DNA from: Xylographa opegraphella
Lineage: Eukaryota
Direction of reading: 5' to 3'
NCBI GenBank assembly: GCA_022813865.1
Contig: JALDZX010000016.1
Coordinates: forward strand, 419,315 to 439,314
Length of the DNA: 20,000 nt
Shown: one piece after another, positions 1 through 11,757 of the stretch
Numbering within the stretch: the first letter of the stretch is position 1
How the letters are laid out: each line of letters begins with the position of its first letter
Notes under the pieces: generated by a model
What the model saw: the letters and a program-made list of their open reading frames with translations, nothing else
Told to the model about the DNA's origin: nothing
Database searches by the model: none
Translations under genes and position numbers: made by a program

Positions 1-1570
1 CAGCTCGATCATGTTCAAGCTGACTCTGAAAAGCATATCCTTCTCTTCCTGCGGCATGCTGGCGCCTTTATCAGGGTATTGGCGTGGATGGTGCACCGTC
101 AACCGAAGTGCAGAGATCGCAGAGCGCGCGACCCCGTCCACAAGGATATGTAGCGGGATGGAGGGATCGCAAAAGCGCAGGAATCTATCTTTAATATCGG
201 TTTCTAGCTCGTTAATGATGCGTTCTTTATCGGCTACGCTTTTCGTGCTGCCGTCTGGGCTACCATTAACAGCGGCTCTATACCCTATGTCTTTAAAGCA
301 TTTCGCGAATGTAGCTCGGACCAGGCAGAAGATCATCTCTGTTGCTCCGATGTGCTCTGCGGGCATTGTTTCCATCCCCGGATAAAGGTCGCTGTCGTTG
401 AGGTTTGAGGGAATTTTTGAATTCCAAAACCCGGACCACGTGCCGACGTTCAAACCACAGCGGTTCGTGCTTTGCCCATCGAGTTGCAGAATCTGCCACC
501 ATAGGCGACGGCGCATTTCGCTTTCGAAGATCGCTAGTCCAAGCGCTGCACCATCCCGATGGACACCTATTGTCTGTGCAATACGGACGGCTACACCTGT
601 AAGGATGAAAAGGGTGTTCCGGTGGTACTTCCGGCGCATCGCTAACTTTCCAGACCCTTTAGCACCATGTAGAGTTGCGGGTACGAACGAGCCTTACAAG
701 AAGGAGCACGAATGCTTGTAGAATACTGATATCGGCAGACTGGAGAAAGTCCGCCCTGACCATCGCTTTTTCCGTAGCACTCGCGTAACGAGCAAGGAGG
801 ACTGCCTTCCGCTCGCCCATCGTGGTCTGGCACTCGGCGTCCCTTAAAGATGTGATCGCTGCCGTGTAAATCGCGAAGAGCAATGGTTCTATATTCTTGG
901 GTATGGATGTGGAATCCGCACTCGCCTCCAAGACTTGGTGCTGCATTGTGGGACCGTGCAACAGCTTGGTCAACGGGTGGACGTTGTCCAGATAGCTTTG
1001 CCATAGTCTGAAAATCTGCAGTGGAGACGGATGTGGTGTTTTCGAAAGCATATCAGATGAAACTTGCTGGAGCAGGAGAGTACTGCCATCAAAGCGACCG
1101 CTGGTAGCAACCTCTGGACTTGCGCTTCTCCTTGTAAAGCTCGACGACCCTAGAATATCTTGCGGGTCCTGGAATTCATCGCCAAGTTCCGTCCACAGGT
1201 CGCTATCCACATATCGTGACTTACCATCCTCCACGATGAACTTCCCTCGTAAAGTATCCAACGACGTACCGGGACGTTCACCGTCCACTTCTAGCGCTTG
1301 CTCGGATCTAGCTCTGTTCGTAATCAATTCAGATGCGACACTCTCGCCTGGAACTCCCAGCTTGTGACTTCGTATCCTCGTAGACAGGTTCTCGTTGAAC
1401 CGCCCCTTCTTCGCGCGGTTCGGCGGAGCCGGATTGTTCGCCCTGCATTCCGCGCCAGCCTTGACGCAGTTCGAACATGGCTGTTGGCGATCACAGCGGA
1501 CCCGCCGTTGGCGGCATAAGATGCACGAGTGGACCTTTGGGGTCTTGGAGATGAGAGGTGTGGATGACAT
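1..1570 (-). CDS. Zn(II)2Cys6 binuclear-cluster transcription factor with fungal-specific TF (middle homology) domain; 3' end lies beyond the window
   Basis: Exon 1 is 1570-698 and contains CILCRQRRVRCDRQQPCSNCVKAGAEC (C-x2-C-x6-C-x5-C-x2-C-x6-C) and YLDNVHPLTKLLH. Intron 697-646 (GTAAGG...AAG, 52 nt). Exon 2, 645 to <1, is open without stops and reads LAMRRKYHRNTLFILTGVAVRIAQTIGVHRDG...FESEMRRRLWWQI...PSNLNDSDLYP, typical of the Fungal_trans domain. Confidence 0.93.
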
Positions 1571-2057
1571 GGGGGGGATTATGAAACAGAAGCTTGAACA
1601 GTTGTATAATCCTCCACAGCATTAGATGATGAGATTGGAAGGAGGATATTCCTCAGACATAGACACGAGAGCCGATTAGGGAAAGTTGTGGTTTGTAATG
1701 GCTAAAAAAGAGAATGAGTCAGAGATAACGTCTGACATCCTGATGTCCAGGATAGCTCGATTGCGGTTACATCGGCGAGAATGGGGAATCCCTGTTGCAG
1801 CAGTGTTCTGTCCAGTCTTCGCATTACGGAATCAGACGTCTCTAATACTGGGATATAGTGGAATTGACGGAGGCGAGATTGTCACACAAACATGATAGAG
1901 TCGAATAGTTAATTTGTTTAGCATACAATACTGTGGCGAACATCTATAGTCTAGGTACGCCAAGCTATTCCAAATGTTAACTTTCATTCCGTACAGTATC
2001 ATTCCTGTCTCCTCTCTTCCCACTATCTCACTGCAAACATTGTGACCATAAGAGCTC

Positions 2058-3767
2058 TCACATCCCACCTTTGATCTTTTTGCCCTTGACACTCTTCCAT
2101 TCCACAAGAAGGGCCCCGAAAATAGAAATGGCGGCCAGCGCCACCGCAACGATGAAGAGGTTTGTTATGGCACTGTTGTATGCATGTAACACAACAGGGA
2201 GTAACGGTGATGGCACACTCGCTCTAATTTCCGTTGCACCCATGTTCACAATCTGATATGGATCAAAGTCCGGCAAACCGCTTAGGTCGGCGATGAGCTT
2301 GGTTTCCAATACGTTTTGAGCCACAGAGAGGAAGATGGCACCGCCAAGCTGTTGCCCGAAGAATTTAAGCGAAACTCCAGTGGCGACATCCTTCTTTGAC
2401 AAGACGGTCTGAGCGGCCAGACCGGCTTGCTGCTGGCTCAAGCCTATGCCAAACCCCACGATGATCTGAAAACCAAGCCACTTCGGCTCGCTAGTCGTTA
2501 CGGTCCAAGTTGTAAGGAGGCCGGTCCCAACCGACAAAATGACTGTTCCTGCAATCAAGAAGGGGGCGTAATAGCCGATCCTACTGACAAGTCCTCCCGC
2601 CAAAAGACTTGCGATAACGAGGGCGAGGATCAGCGGAAGCAGTCTGATACCAGATTCGACGGCGGATACTCCTTGAATTGCTTGGAACCAGATTGGTAAA
2701 TAGGTAATGATGACCGTCAATGACCCTGTCGTGCAAAAGCTCCAAAAAGCAGAACCTGACACACTGCGATTGTTTGCAATCCGCGGAGGGACCGTAGCCT
2801 TTTCTTGCAGCCATATTTGGACACCAACAAATGCAACGGCCAGCACGCCGAAGATCACAAGCAATGCAATGATACGGCCACTTTTCCATGCATAAATAGA
2901 TCCTCCCCACTGCAAAGCTAGCAAGAGGCATACCGTACCCGACAGGAGGCACACTGTTCCGATCGGATCAAGCTGGTCGACTTGTTCGTGGAAAGACAAA
3001 ACTTTCTTCTTCTCGTCTCCTGTTATCTCGAGGAAAAGTAAGATTATGACGATTGTCAGCCCGCCGATAGGTAAGTTGAGATAGAAACACCATCTCCAAG
3101 TGGAATTGGTCGTGAGCACGCCTCCGAGAAGCGGCCCTACAATGAAAGCAACCATGAATACTATCCCTATAAATGCCTGGAGTATTGGTCTTTTGCGCAG
3201 TGGGATTATATAAACGGTTAGAATAATCGCCCCGCCCATAATTCCAGCAGAACCCAGGCCGGCAATGGCGCGGCCCACAATGAAAGCCTTCGAAGTTGGC
3301 GCGACACCGCAAATGAGAGAGCCGAGTTCAAAGAGACCTATAGAGCTCAGGAAAACCCATTTTGGCGAGTAGAATGTGTAGATGCGACCATAGAGTAACT
3401 GGAAAGAGCAGGCGGTGATCATATATGCACTTCCATACCATCCAATATCACCGAAGGAGTGAAACTCGTCAGTCAGCTGAGGGATGGCAGTTGAAATTAT
3501 CGTTCGATCCTGAAATATTGATCAGCTCAATTCTTGGCTGGGGGCGGATGCGAAGTAGCATACCAGAGACGTAATGAACAGAGACAGAAACACGGCTCCC
3601 ATGATGACGATAACCTTTCGCCATGGCGGGTATTCCTTCCCGTCCTCGTCCAAGTCTCTACCGGTGGCTGTAGGCACGTCGAGCTTCTCGTTCATGATCG
3701 ATTCTGTATGTGGTTGTCCAAGCTCAGCGTCCTTGGTGGACATGGCGGGAGTAGTGGTTGTTGACAT
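2058..3767 (-). CDS. MFS drug/toxin:H+ antiporter, DHA2 (14-TM) family, AflT/ToxA/GliA-like, about 551 aa
   Basis: Exon 1 3767-3564 (MSTTT...FITSL). Intron 3563-3510 (GTATGC...GCTGAT...CAG). Exon 2 3509-2058. The join gives [31 protein letters not shown], followed by IVGRAIAGLGSAG, WRWCFYLNLPIGG and YLPIWFQAIQGVSA, hallmark motifs of fungal DHA2 pumps. Confidence 0.95.
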
Positions 3768-3867
3768 CTCAGATCTACTGAATATTGTACACTGAAAGGT
3801 ATAGATGCATATATGTGCTTGATGAAAAGTTGTTCAGAAAAGCTCGTTGATAGAAAGTTGGGAATGG

Positions 3868-3968
3868 CAGCTATATATGGCTTGAAAACACCTCGACAGT
3901 GACTTTCGTATTGGAGACGGGGTAAAAAGTGAGGAGATATAGCAGCAGCGGCAGCAGCTATATAAGTA
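3868..3968 (-). promoter_or_regulatory. Candidate TATA elements of the MFS pump gene
   Basis: Two TATATA-containing motifs, at about 3872-3878 and 3959-3965, lie about 105 and 195 nt upstream of the ATG. Both occur in the context GCAGCTATATA on the + strand. Confidence 0.4.
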
Positions 3969-6116
3969 CATGATATCGCGAACAACATTGTCTTATATGG
4001 TACCTCGCGTTTTCAACTTTACTACATCCATAGTCAAAGAGTCCGAGGACTAGGCCGCTTAGGCGGATTTTCGGACGCGAGGAAGAGAAGCCTCGCGCGC
4101 GAACGCAGCGCATGGCACGGTGCTTCGAACTTGCCTGAACATTGACTGGTACGCAGCCGAGTCTTCGAACACAACCAAACACGGCAAACGTAATAACGTA
4201 ATACAGTCAATCGAAAGCTCGCTGTTTGGTTCTGGTTACCTGCTCGCGCGCGAGATGAGATTGCGAAAGTGTACGGAGTTGAAAGGATCTGAGTTTGTCG
4301 CCATTTTAGCGCTCCATATCTGGTTAGCTTCGAGATTGCTTCGAGATTGCCGCCATGTCGACTTGTGGCAGTAAGGTCACCTCGTCGCAGATCAAGGAAG
4401 AGCGCTTTGCAATAGATTGGGGTTTAGGAGGTGAGCAAGAAAGTTGTTCAGTACAAGACTAGACTACTGTTTTCCTCTTAGTGCTAACAATAGCATTGCA
4501 ATTTGTCGTGAACGTGATGTAGGATGTAGGACTTTACGGCCCAAGAAAGTACGCTCGTACGCCCAGAGGAGACATGCCGATGATGGCTTGCAAGCGCTTG
4601 TAGTGTCCAGGATTCTGTTCGGGTTAAGACGTCGACAAGTTGAACAGCTACAAGATTCAACAGCCAAGGCGCAGAACAATAAGATGCTATGGCAATGGGT
4701 GGAAAACGGTAACGTTGAGAACTGGTGCAATGGGAACGACTGTTGGTAGCGGAAGAAGAGGCTGGATATGAAATTCGCACATCGATCAAGCCGTGCCAGC
4801 ATTGAAGTTGTTTTTCACCTTTGCATAGATTCGATTGTCTTTATTCTTGGACCTGGTACAGGAAACACCAGTAGGACCCGGATGATGAGACAAATCGTGA
4901 GTAGTGATTTTGAGGTTGAGGACTGCAGGCGAGACGTTGGAGAACATGTTTCCAATGCAGCATTATCGCAGAGTAATTGAGAGGGTGAGGCACGACATCT
5001 AGCAATCCTGGATCACGAAGTAAAATTGCTAGACATAGCAAGCTTGGACAATGGACACAAGGACAACAGAGCGGTCCATGTCAGTCCCATGGAACCAACC
5101 CGCAACTTCACTGTCGAGCATCTCCACAGGTCAGACCGCTAGTCGCAAGGCAGCACCATAAGATAGGCAGTAGGACCGATACATAGGTAGCCAAGACAGG
5201 TAGATAAGCTCTATCCAGCCTATAGACGTGATCCCGATGATAGATATGATTCTATTCCGTCATCTCCCGAAGTTTCCTTGATATCTTTGAAGGTCTAGGC
5301 CACAGTCGATTCAGAATGTCAGAGAAAGATATTCTCGAAGGCCGCCAGAACGCATTGTCCGCAACCAATAAGACAGCGGAAGAAAAAGATTGAATTGGTG
5401 TTTATCGGCGATTTGTCGGTGGATACCCCGCATCCCGAAGGTCTACCGGCGCTATACCCCGGATTGCCTGAAGCACTAGGCTGGATACGCCCTAGCGACG
5501 GAAAGAGACCGCACAGTCGGCCCTTCTTTCGACGCTTGTCGCTGTGCTCTAGATAGACGATGCACATACACCTGACAGTGTAATATTCGAAAAGGCGGCA
5601 TGTGTTCGCTGTAATCTTTAAGCATGTATTGTATCAGCATCCGACATACACACTACTGCTCTCCTTCAGTGACGAGGCCATCGGTCCCATGGCTTTCTGG
5701 TTCTCCCAGTATCCTGTGGCGCACGGGATACTTTTCTTGCCAGCAATCTTATGTTGCTTTAGCATTTTGGCAGCAGAAGATCAATTCGTCATAGAGTTTC
5801 ACATCACGGTTTTCTTTTGGTCTTTTCATTCCTTTAGCTGTGTTCAGGACCCCTAAATGGCGAAGCTTTTTTCAATACGGAATCGTACCGTGTTTCAATC
5901 AGTTCTAGCGTCATGATGCATCTCCCGCCTCCAAGGCCAGTAGCCCTGTAAGGGTCCACTAGGCCCATTGGCACGTCCCTTTCCATTGTGTCAGAGCTTG
6001 GTGATGCCCTTCTTGAGCACACAGCGCAGTTTTGCCAAGCAGCTTGAGGCGCCTTCTAGAAGCCTTCTGGCTGTCCAAGACCTCGTTGATTGCCAAGGTT
6101 GACGATGTGGAAAACT

Positions 6117-6126
6117 GTATATATAT
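6117..6126 (+). promoter_or_regulatory. Candidate TATA box of the sugar permease gene
   Basis: GTATATATAT lies about 285 nt upstream of ATG 6406 and is followed by a pyrimidine-rich leader. Confidence 0.45.
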
Positions 6127-6405
6127 GTCCTACTTTCCCTTCGACCATGTATCATCAGCAGCATCGAGAGTTTCCTCTTCTCCCAGCACCTACAAGGTCT
6201 TCTCGGGTTATCAAAGTTGGCCCTTCAGTACACCCTCTGTATCTTTCGACACCCTTTTCGAGTCAATCCGTGCCATCAGCACAAGTACTCACGACTTTAG
6301 CATCTGCCCCAAAATCTCTCAACCTTCAGCTGCGGCATACTCATTACTCCTATCATCTTCGTGACCTTACTCGGTCCAACCTTCATCAATCCTCCCACCG
6401 CCAAC

Positions 6406-7878
6406 ATGTGGGGTCGAAAAGAAGAGCCCGAGGTCTCCGAAGTTCTTGAGCAGCGTCGGCCATCAAATGTCGAAGCCATGGCGCAGCAACACCGCAAAAG
6501 CGTCTCCAACAGGGGCCTCACCGGTGCCTCCGCCTTGACCGTTCGTCAGTCCATCGTCCCCATCATCCTGGTCACCACGCTTTTCTTCCTCTGGGGATTT
6601 GCCTACGGCCTTCTCGACGTTCTCAACGCCAAGTTTCAGACGTCCCTGAACATCACTGCTGCAAAGGCTGGCGGTCTCCAAGGTGCCTACTTTGGGGCTT
6701 ACCTGGTTGGTCCGCCGACCTACTCCGGCTGGCTCGTACGTCGATTCGGATACCGCTGGACTTTCATTGCCGGCCTCTGCATCTACGGCGTCGGGGCCCT
6801 TATGTTCTGGCCCTCCGCCGTGAATCGCTCCTTCGGCGGCTTCTGTGGCTCGCTTTTCATCGTTGGCTCCGGCCTCTCCACCCTGGAGACATCCGCAAAC
6901 CCTTTCATCGCCACCTGCGGCCCGCCTCGGCTATCAGAATTCCGCCTCGAACTCTCCCAGTCCTTCCAAGCCATCGGCAGCGTCATGGCACCTCTCCTCG
7001 CTTCCCGCGTTTTCTTCACCAGCGCGAATCCCAATGACCTGTCCAAAGTCCAATGGACGTATCTCGGTATCGCGGCCTTTGTCTTCCTCCTTGCCGTCGT
7101 CTTCTTCTTCTCCCCCATCCCCGAAGTCACGGACGCAGATATGGCGCTGCAAGCCGAACAGTGCTCTGACCTCACCGGCTACCAAGACAAACCTCTCCGC
7201 AAGCAATACAAGCTCTTCTTCGGTGTCGCCGCCCAGTTCTGCTACGTCGGCGCCCAAGTCGGCGTCGCCTCCCAATTCATCAAATACTCCGTCGAGAGCG
7301 CCGGCATCTCCGATGCCGCGGCCTCAGACCGCTACGCCATCGGGCAAGGCCTCTTTGCCCTCGGCCGCTTCGCCGCCGCCGGCGCCATGATGTTCATGAA
7401 GCCCCGCTACATCCTGATGCTCTTCATGACGATGATTATGATATTCATCGCAGCCGCCATGGGCGTCTACGGCAACGCCGGCATCGCCATGCTCTCCCTC
7501 GTCCTCTTCTTCGAGTCCGCCATCTTCCCCACCATCTTCACCCTCTCCATCCGCGGTCTGGGGCGCCACACCAAGCGCGGCTCCTCCTGGATCGTGGCCT
7601 CCGTGTGCGGCGGCGCTCTGTTCCCGGCCCTCACGGGCCTGGTGGCCGATACGAAGAGCTACCACATCGCCATGTGCGTGCCGCTTGTGGGCTTCCTGGT
7701 CGCGTTCGCGTTTCCCATCTTCCTGAACACGTATTATGCGAAGGAGCTGGATGGCTTCCGCGAGACGAAGATCGGCTACACGGATGCGGACGGCACGATC
7801 GGTGACGCGCCGCATGATGAGAGGCGGCTGTCGGCAGTTAGTGAGAAGGACGCGTATCTGAAGGGGGTGGAAGTTTAG
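6406..7878 (+). CDS. MFS sugar:H+ symporter of the FucP / glucose-galactose (FHS) family, about 490 aa, intronless
   Basis: Start at CCAACATG (6406). Motifs LVTTLFFLWGFAYGLLDVLN, GLQGAYFGAY, GSGLSTLETSANPFI, RLELSQSFQAIGSV, AQFCYVGAQV and FFESAIFPTIFTLSIRGLGRHTKRGS are characteristic of FucP-like permeases. About 12 hydrophobic segments. The actual substrate is unknown. Confidence 0.92.
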   Translation: MWGRKEEPEVSEVLEQRRPSNVEAMAQQHRKSVSNRGLTGASALTVRQSIVPIILVTTLFFLWGFAYGLLDVLNAKFQTSLNITAAKAGGLQGAYFGAYLVGPPTYSGWLVRRFGYRWTFIAGLCIYGVGALMFWPSAVNRSFGGFCGSLFIVGSGLSTLETSANPFIATCGPPRLSEFRLELSQSFQAIGSVMAPLLASRVFFTSANPNDLSKVQWTYLGIAAFVFLLAVVFFFSPIPEVTDADMALQAEQCSDLTGYQDKPLRKQYKLFFGVAAQFCYVGAQVGVASQFIKYSVESAGISDAAASDRYAIGQGLFALGRFAAAGAMMFMKPRYILMLFMTMIMIFIAAAMGVYGNAGIAMLSLVLFFESAIFPTIFTLSIRGLGRHTKRGSSWIVASVCGGALFPALTGLVADTKSYHIAMCVPLVGFLVAFAFPIFLNTYYAKELDGFRETKIGYTDADGTIGDAPHDERRLSAVSEKDAYLKGVEV

Positions 7879-8992
7879 AAGGGTGATCGTTGGGGACGGG
7901 GAAGGTGGTTTTGCGTGTTCGTTCGCAGGTTTCCTATTTGGCTCTTTAGTTTTCCAGGAGAGACTTCCTCGCCCTGGAAATGCATCATGAATACCGAGAC
8001 CGGGCAGGCGCTTTGGTATTCCATTTCGCACAATTGCCATTGTTGAGGAATTGTACATAGGCATTTTCGATGCAAGAGTCCCGCGATCGATCTAGATCAG
8101 TTTGAAAATCTCAATGCATTTATTATTTCATACGCTTCATCCGATGCGCAACCAGTCATGCCAATCTGCATCCCACCCCTCCGCTCATCCGATTCTCGAT
8201 ATCTGAAAGCGACGGAAGGAACAGAGGGGATCTGCTCGATGACCCCTTCAATAGACAGCAACAAAGTACGCCAATCGTCGACCGCCCAGCGATAAAACAA
8301 GAGCCTAGAAAGCGGAGGAAAGTCCCAACCCAAACAGTATCCCCCTCACACTTTCATCGTTTCCGCCTACCAGCGTGACAGCAGAAGCTCAAGGTAGCTA
8401 AGGTAAGCACGAGAAAAAAACCACGCGTCCTGCGCACGAATACAAGTCGCAGCATCGGGTATTGGGCACGTAGAGTAACAGAGCGTGTCTACATGGCACC
8501 TGGGGGCCCGGGGAGGCGATGCACTGCTCTAAGTGTTCGGCGAGGGAGACTTGTTGCGGGTTTCCAGGCAGTGGAAGCTATAGGTACGTAGGTCCACGTT
8601 GGCCATTGTGAATGTGTTGGAGTCGCTGAGGAGGTAGGTAGGCCGAACTCTGTGGGTAGTGTCGAGCTCGGAGTGAGAGTTCCCAATTTGCAGGGCTCGG
8701 GGGCGATGCGGGATTTCAGGCTTACATTCAATTCCTTCGCAAGACGTATCAGTAGTTAAATCAGTTCACAGGGACGAGCTGAGCTGATAACTCTTCGAGG
8801 CAGCAACCCATGTATGAAGCAGAGCTAACAGTCAAACGCATATCGATGTAATCATACAATACACCATGTCTCGAAAGGGGGTGATCGACATAATGGTAGT
8901 GGCTCGAGAATTATGAACAAGAAACCATGCTCGAGTGTTCAGCAGCATGAAGTGAATCGGTAGATCCACAGTCACTTCAGCACCCACAAGCC

Positions 8993-10575
8993 TCACTTCT
9001 CAAACGGGCAGCTGATGCTATCGTGGCCGTCGCCCTCGCACAGCGCGCACCACTTGTCGGCATCCACTGATTCCGTCGCAGGCGGTGTGTGGTGCACGCC
9101 ATTGACCTCTCGCTCGGACGATTTTTCCTCCACGTGGCTGATCTCCTTGTCGAAATCCTCATTCTCTTCCATCTCACCTCCATGATCATCCTCAATCTCC
9201 CTCTCCAAATTGTGCTTCTGCTCTTTCTTGACGACTTGGCTTCGCTCTCGCTCAAGCTCCTGATTATACTCCCGCTCCCTCTTCAATTCGGCCCTCACCC
9301 GCTCAACCTCTCCGCGCAGAAATTCTACCTCTCCCCTAGCCTCCGCTTCACCTCGTCGGGCATCTTCAAGTCCTTCTTCTAGTTCCTGCACTACCTCTTC
9401 CAACTGTCTCAACTGGTGCGCCACACTTTCCACGTCTTCACTCTGCGCCATGAGGTTGCGTCGCTCCTCCAAGAGTTCTTCCACCCGCCGCTCATAGACC
9501 CTCTCAGTCTCTGTACTAGCAAGCTCTAGTGTGTCCAGTGTACTCCTGAAATCTGCGCGATGCGAATCGAACTCCAAAGTCAACTTGGCGATCTTTTCGT
9601 TTTTCTCTTGAATGACTGCTCTTAGCTGTGCGATTTCGTCGCTGTCGTTTCGAGGGGGCGCCAGCCTTCCGTTTGCTCTCGAGGGTGCTGAGCCGGCATG
9701 GCTGTTTGAAGTGTTTGAAGCTCTTCCAGCCATCCTACCGGGTGTAGGACTCGGCGCAGTCAATCTTGGGGCAGCGAGGCGATTATGGGAAAGCATGTTC
9801 ATGGATGGCCGATTGGTGAGAGGGGTGGCTGTCGAAGTATTCTGAGCTCGGCGTAGAGGAGACTCCGGTCGTGGTAGAGAGGGACGAGATCTAGGACGAA
9901 AGGCTGGACTTGGTGCTCGTCCTGGTCCGACTGACTGGCTAAATCTCGAAGACACAGAAGGGGTAGGCGGTGTTCTTGTGCTGGTACCATTGGTGTTGGG
10001 AGAAATGGTCCCATCTTGGACATCGGTAGGTGTTGCAGGAATGGAGGAAGGAGAGTCGGTCAAGGACACACGCTTGGTAGCACGACTGATGGGAAGAAAA
10101 ATCCCAGCGCCAGGTATTGACGTTGTGAAATACCTCACACTAGCAAACTGTTAGTCAATTCATATATAGAAGTCAAGGTGACTGTTGAGGCCTCAGTGAT
10201 CGGTGGGTAAGCAATTATCCAAAGAATACGAGTAACACAAATCAACACGCGGTTACACAACGTGCGAGCACATTTAAAGTACGGTGTTGATAGCAGAAGC
10301 ACTTACCCTTCTGCGTCCCCATCATTTTTCCCTCGAGCTGCCCACCTGCGACTCAATTCCACCCCCACAAAGTATCCCTGCTTGCCTCTGACCTCCCCGA
10401 CAAACTTCACTGTCCCGTCCATGCCTCCAGGCACGTCGACAGTGTCTCCAACGCGAAGATCCTGGGTATTGCTACCCATGTCCGACGCTCTTCTTGTTGT
10501 GGGTGTTGACGATGCGAAAGTTGAGGACGATAGGTTGCGCAGCGAAGGGCGCGCGCGAGGAGTGTAGGTTGCCAT
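8993..10575 (-). CDS. CAP-Gly domain microtubule plus-end protein (CLIP-170/Bik1/Tip1-like), about 471 aa
   Basis: Exon 1 10575-10307 (MATYTPRAR...). Intron 10306-10140 (GTAAGT...ACTAAC...TAG). Exon 2 10139-8993. The join restores the CAP-Gly domain: GTVKFVGEVRGKQGYFVGVEL...GKNDGDAEGVRYF...GIF. It is followed by a Ser/Pro/Arg-rich linker, a long E-rich coiled coil and a C-terminal CCHC knuckle WCALCEGDGHDSISCPF. Confidence 0.92.
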
Positions 10576-11757
10576 ACTCAAGGGTATATGGCTGTCTTGA
10601 ACTGAGTTTTCGCTGAGTGTAACCGTGTGGAGAAACTGCCCTTCGACTTCTAGTGAAACGATAACCGAGCCATCGATTAATTCTTCATACAAAGCAGTTA
10701 CTGCTGCGGGTTCGGAAATAGTGCTCCGTAAAGGCCGGGATTGCTGTCGCCTAGCAACGGGCGCTAGACACAACAGTGAGGCTAGGTGCCGCAGCATAGC
10801 GTACTTCCAGTTACGCGGGAGAAGTGTAGTAGAAGGCACGCTTGCTGCAATATCCAAACTTCAAGATATTTTTGTCGGAAAACTTTTGTATGCGAAGTAT
10901 CAAAGTCCAACACGGTGAAGGATAGTATTGGATTTCACGCGAGAGCCTTTGGGAAATTACAGAGCTAGACCAGGAAAGAAATTAGGCTACGCCAAGGACT
11001 ACGTGATCTTAGACGAAGGATATGCACTTCACTGTGGACGGCAACATGAGGTCAAAGGGGTAAACAGTGTTGGGAAAGGACTGGACTCCCCAAGCAAGAG
11101 ACACCGTATGGGTTATCTCATCCCAGCATGGCTTCTCGAATCCAGTGTCGTTCTCTCAAATATGACTTGACGGCTTCTGCTTCAATCTGCCACCTGCGTG
11201 ACTGGCTCTCATGGACGAAGCTACGAATTATATACTTCAATCGTTGGTTACTTGAGTACATATCAAAGGGCAACAGCTTCAATATCAAGTATGCTTGACG
11301 ATCGCAAGGAGTACCTAGGGAATGTCAGATCCACAGCTTTGTACAAATCCAAGCCACGCGTCATCACTATAAATCACATTCAGCATGTTCACTGGAAACA
11401 GTTTGCAGACATTCAATTTAGCAGTTTAACTGTATGCAAGCTATGGAATCAAAATCCTGCACTATATCTTCAACAGTCACATTCGTTGAACGCAAAGCTT
11501 CATCTCAGGGGAAAACCCATTGCAGGAAAACCTTGAGAAACTGTTAATGCTTCCAAACGTTCCTTCCCGATACACCAGCACGTTCACTGCACTCATATTT
11601 CCGTATATCGTGCTTCTATCGATATCTTGTTGTCCTTGTATTTTCGCCTCCAGTGCGGCTTGTTCGAGGAAGGCTTTTGGTGGTGAGCTATATTGCTCGT
11701 GTGTAGCAGTTAGGCGACGTTAATGCTACTGACACTGATTTTGCTGACGATTTCATT

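Noticed and set aside
4327..4350. 11-bp tandem duplication GCTTCGAGATT x2
   Set aside because: Isolated micro-duplication; no element termini or known motif associated.
4444..4980. Two same-frame + strand ORFs (4444-4749, 4768-4980) separated by one TAG, resembling a pseudogene or readthrough
   Set aside because: No recognisable domain, no codon bias and no clear splice signals; this length is compatible with chance in roughly 50% GC intergenic DNA.
6090..6449. Out-of-frame ORF overlapping the permease start (possible uORF)
   Set aside because: It starts upstream of the TATA-like box and its ATG at 6147 is probably at or before the transcription start; no coding signature.
6783..8064. Long antisense and alternate-frame ORFs over the permease (e.g. 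7324-8064 -, 6845-7390 +)
   Set aside because: Shadow ORFs expected from high GC3 codon bias.
10576..10857. 94-codon in-frame upstream extension of the CAP-Gly exon 1
   Set aside because: Begins at a non-ATG codon and lacks protein-like features; ATG 10575 has good context (AGTATGG). An internal ATG exists but is unsupported.
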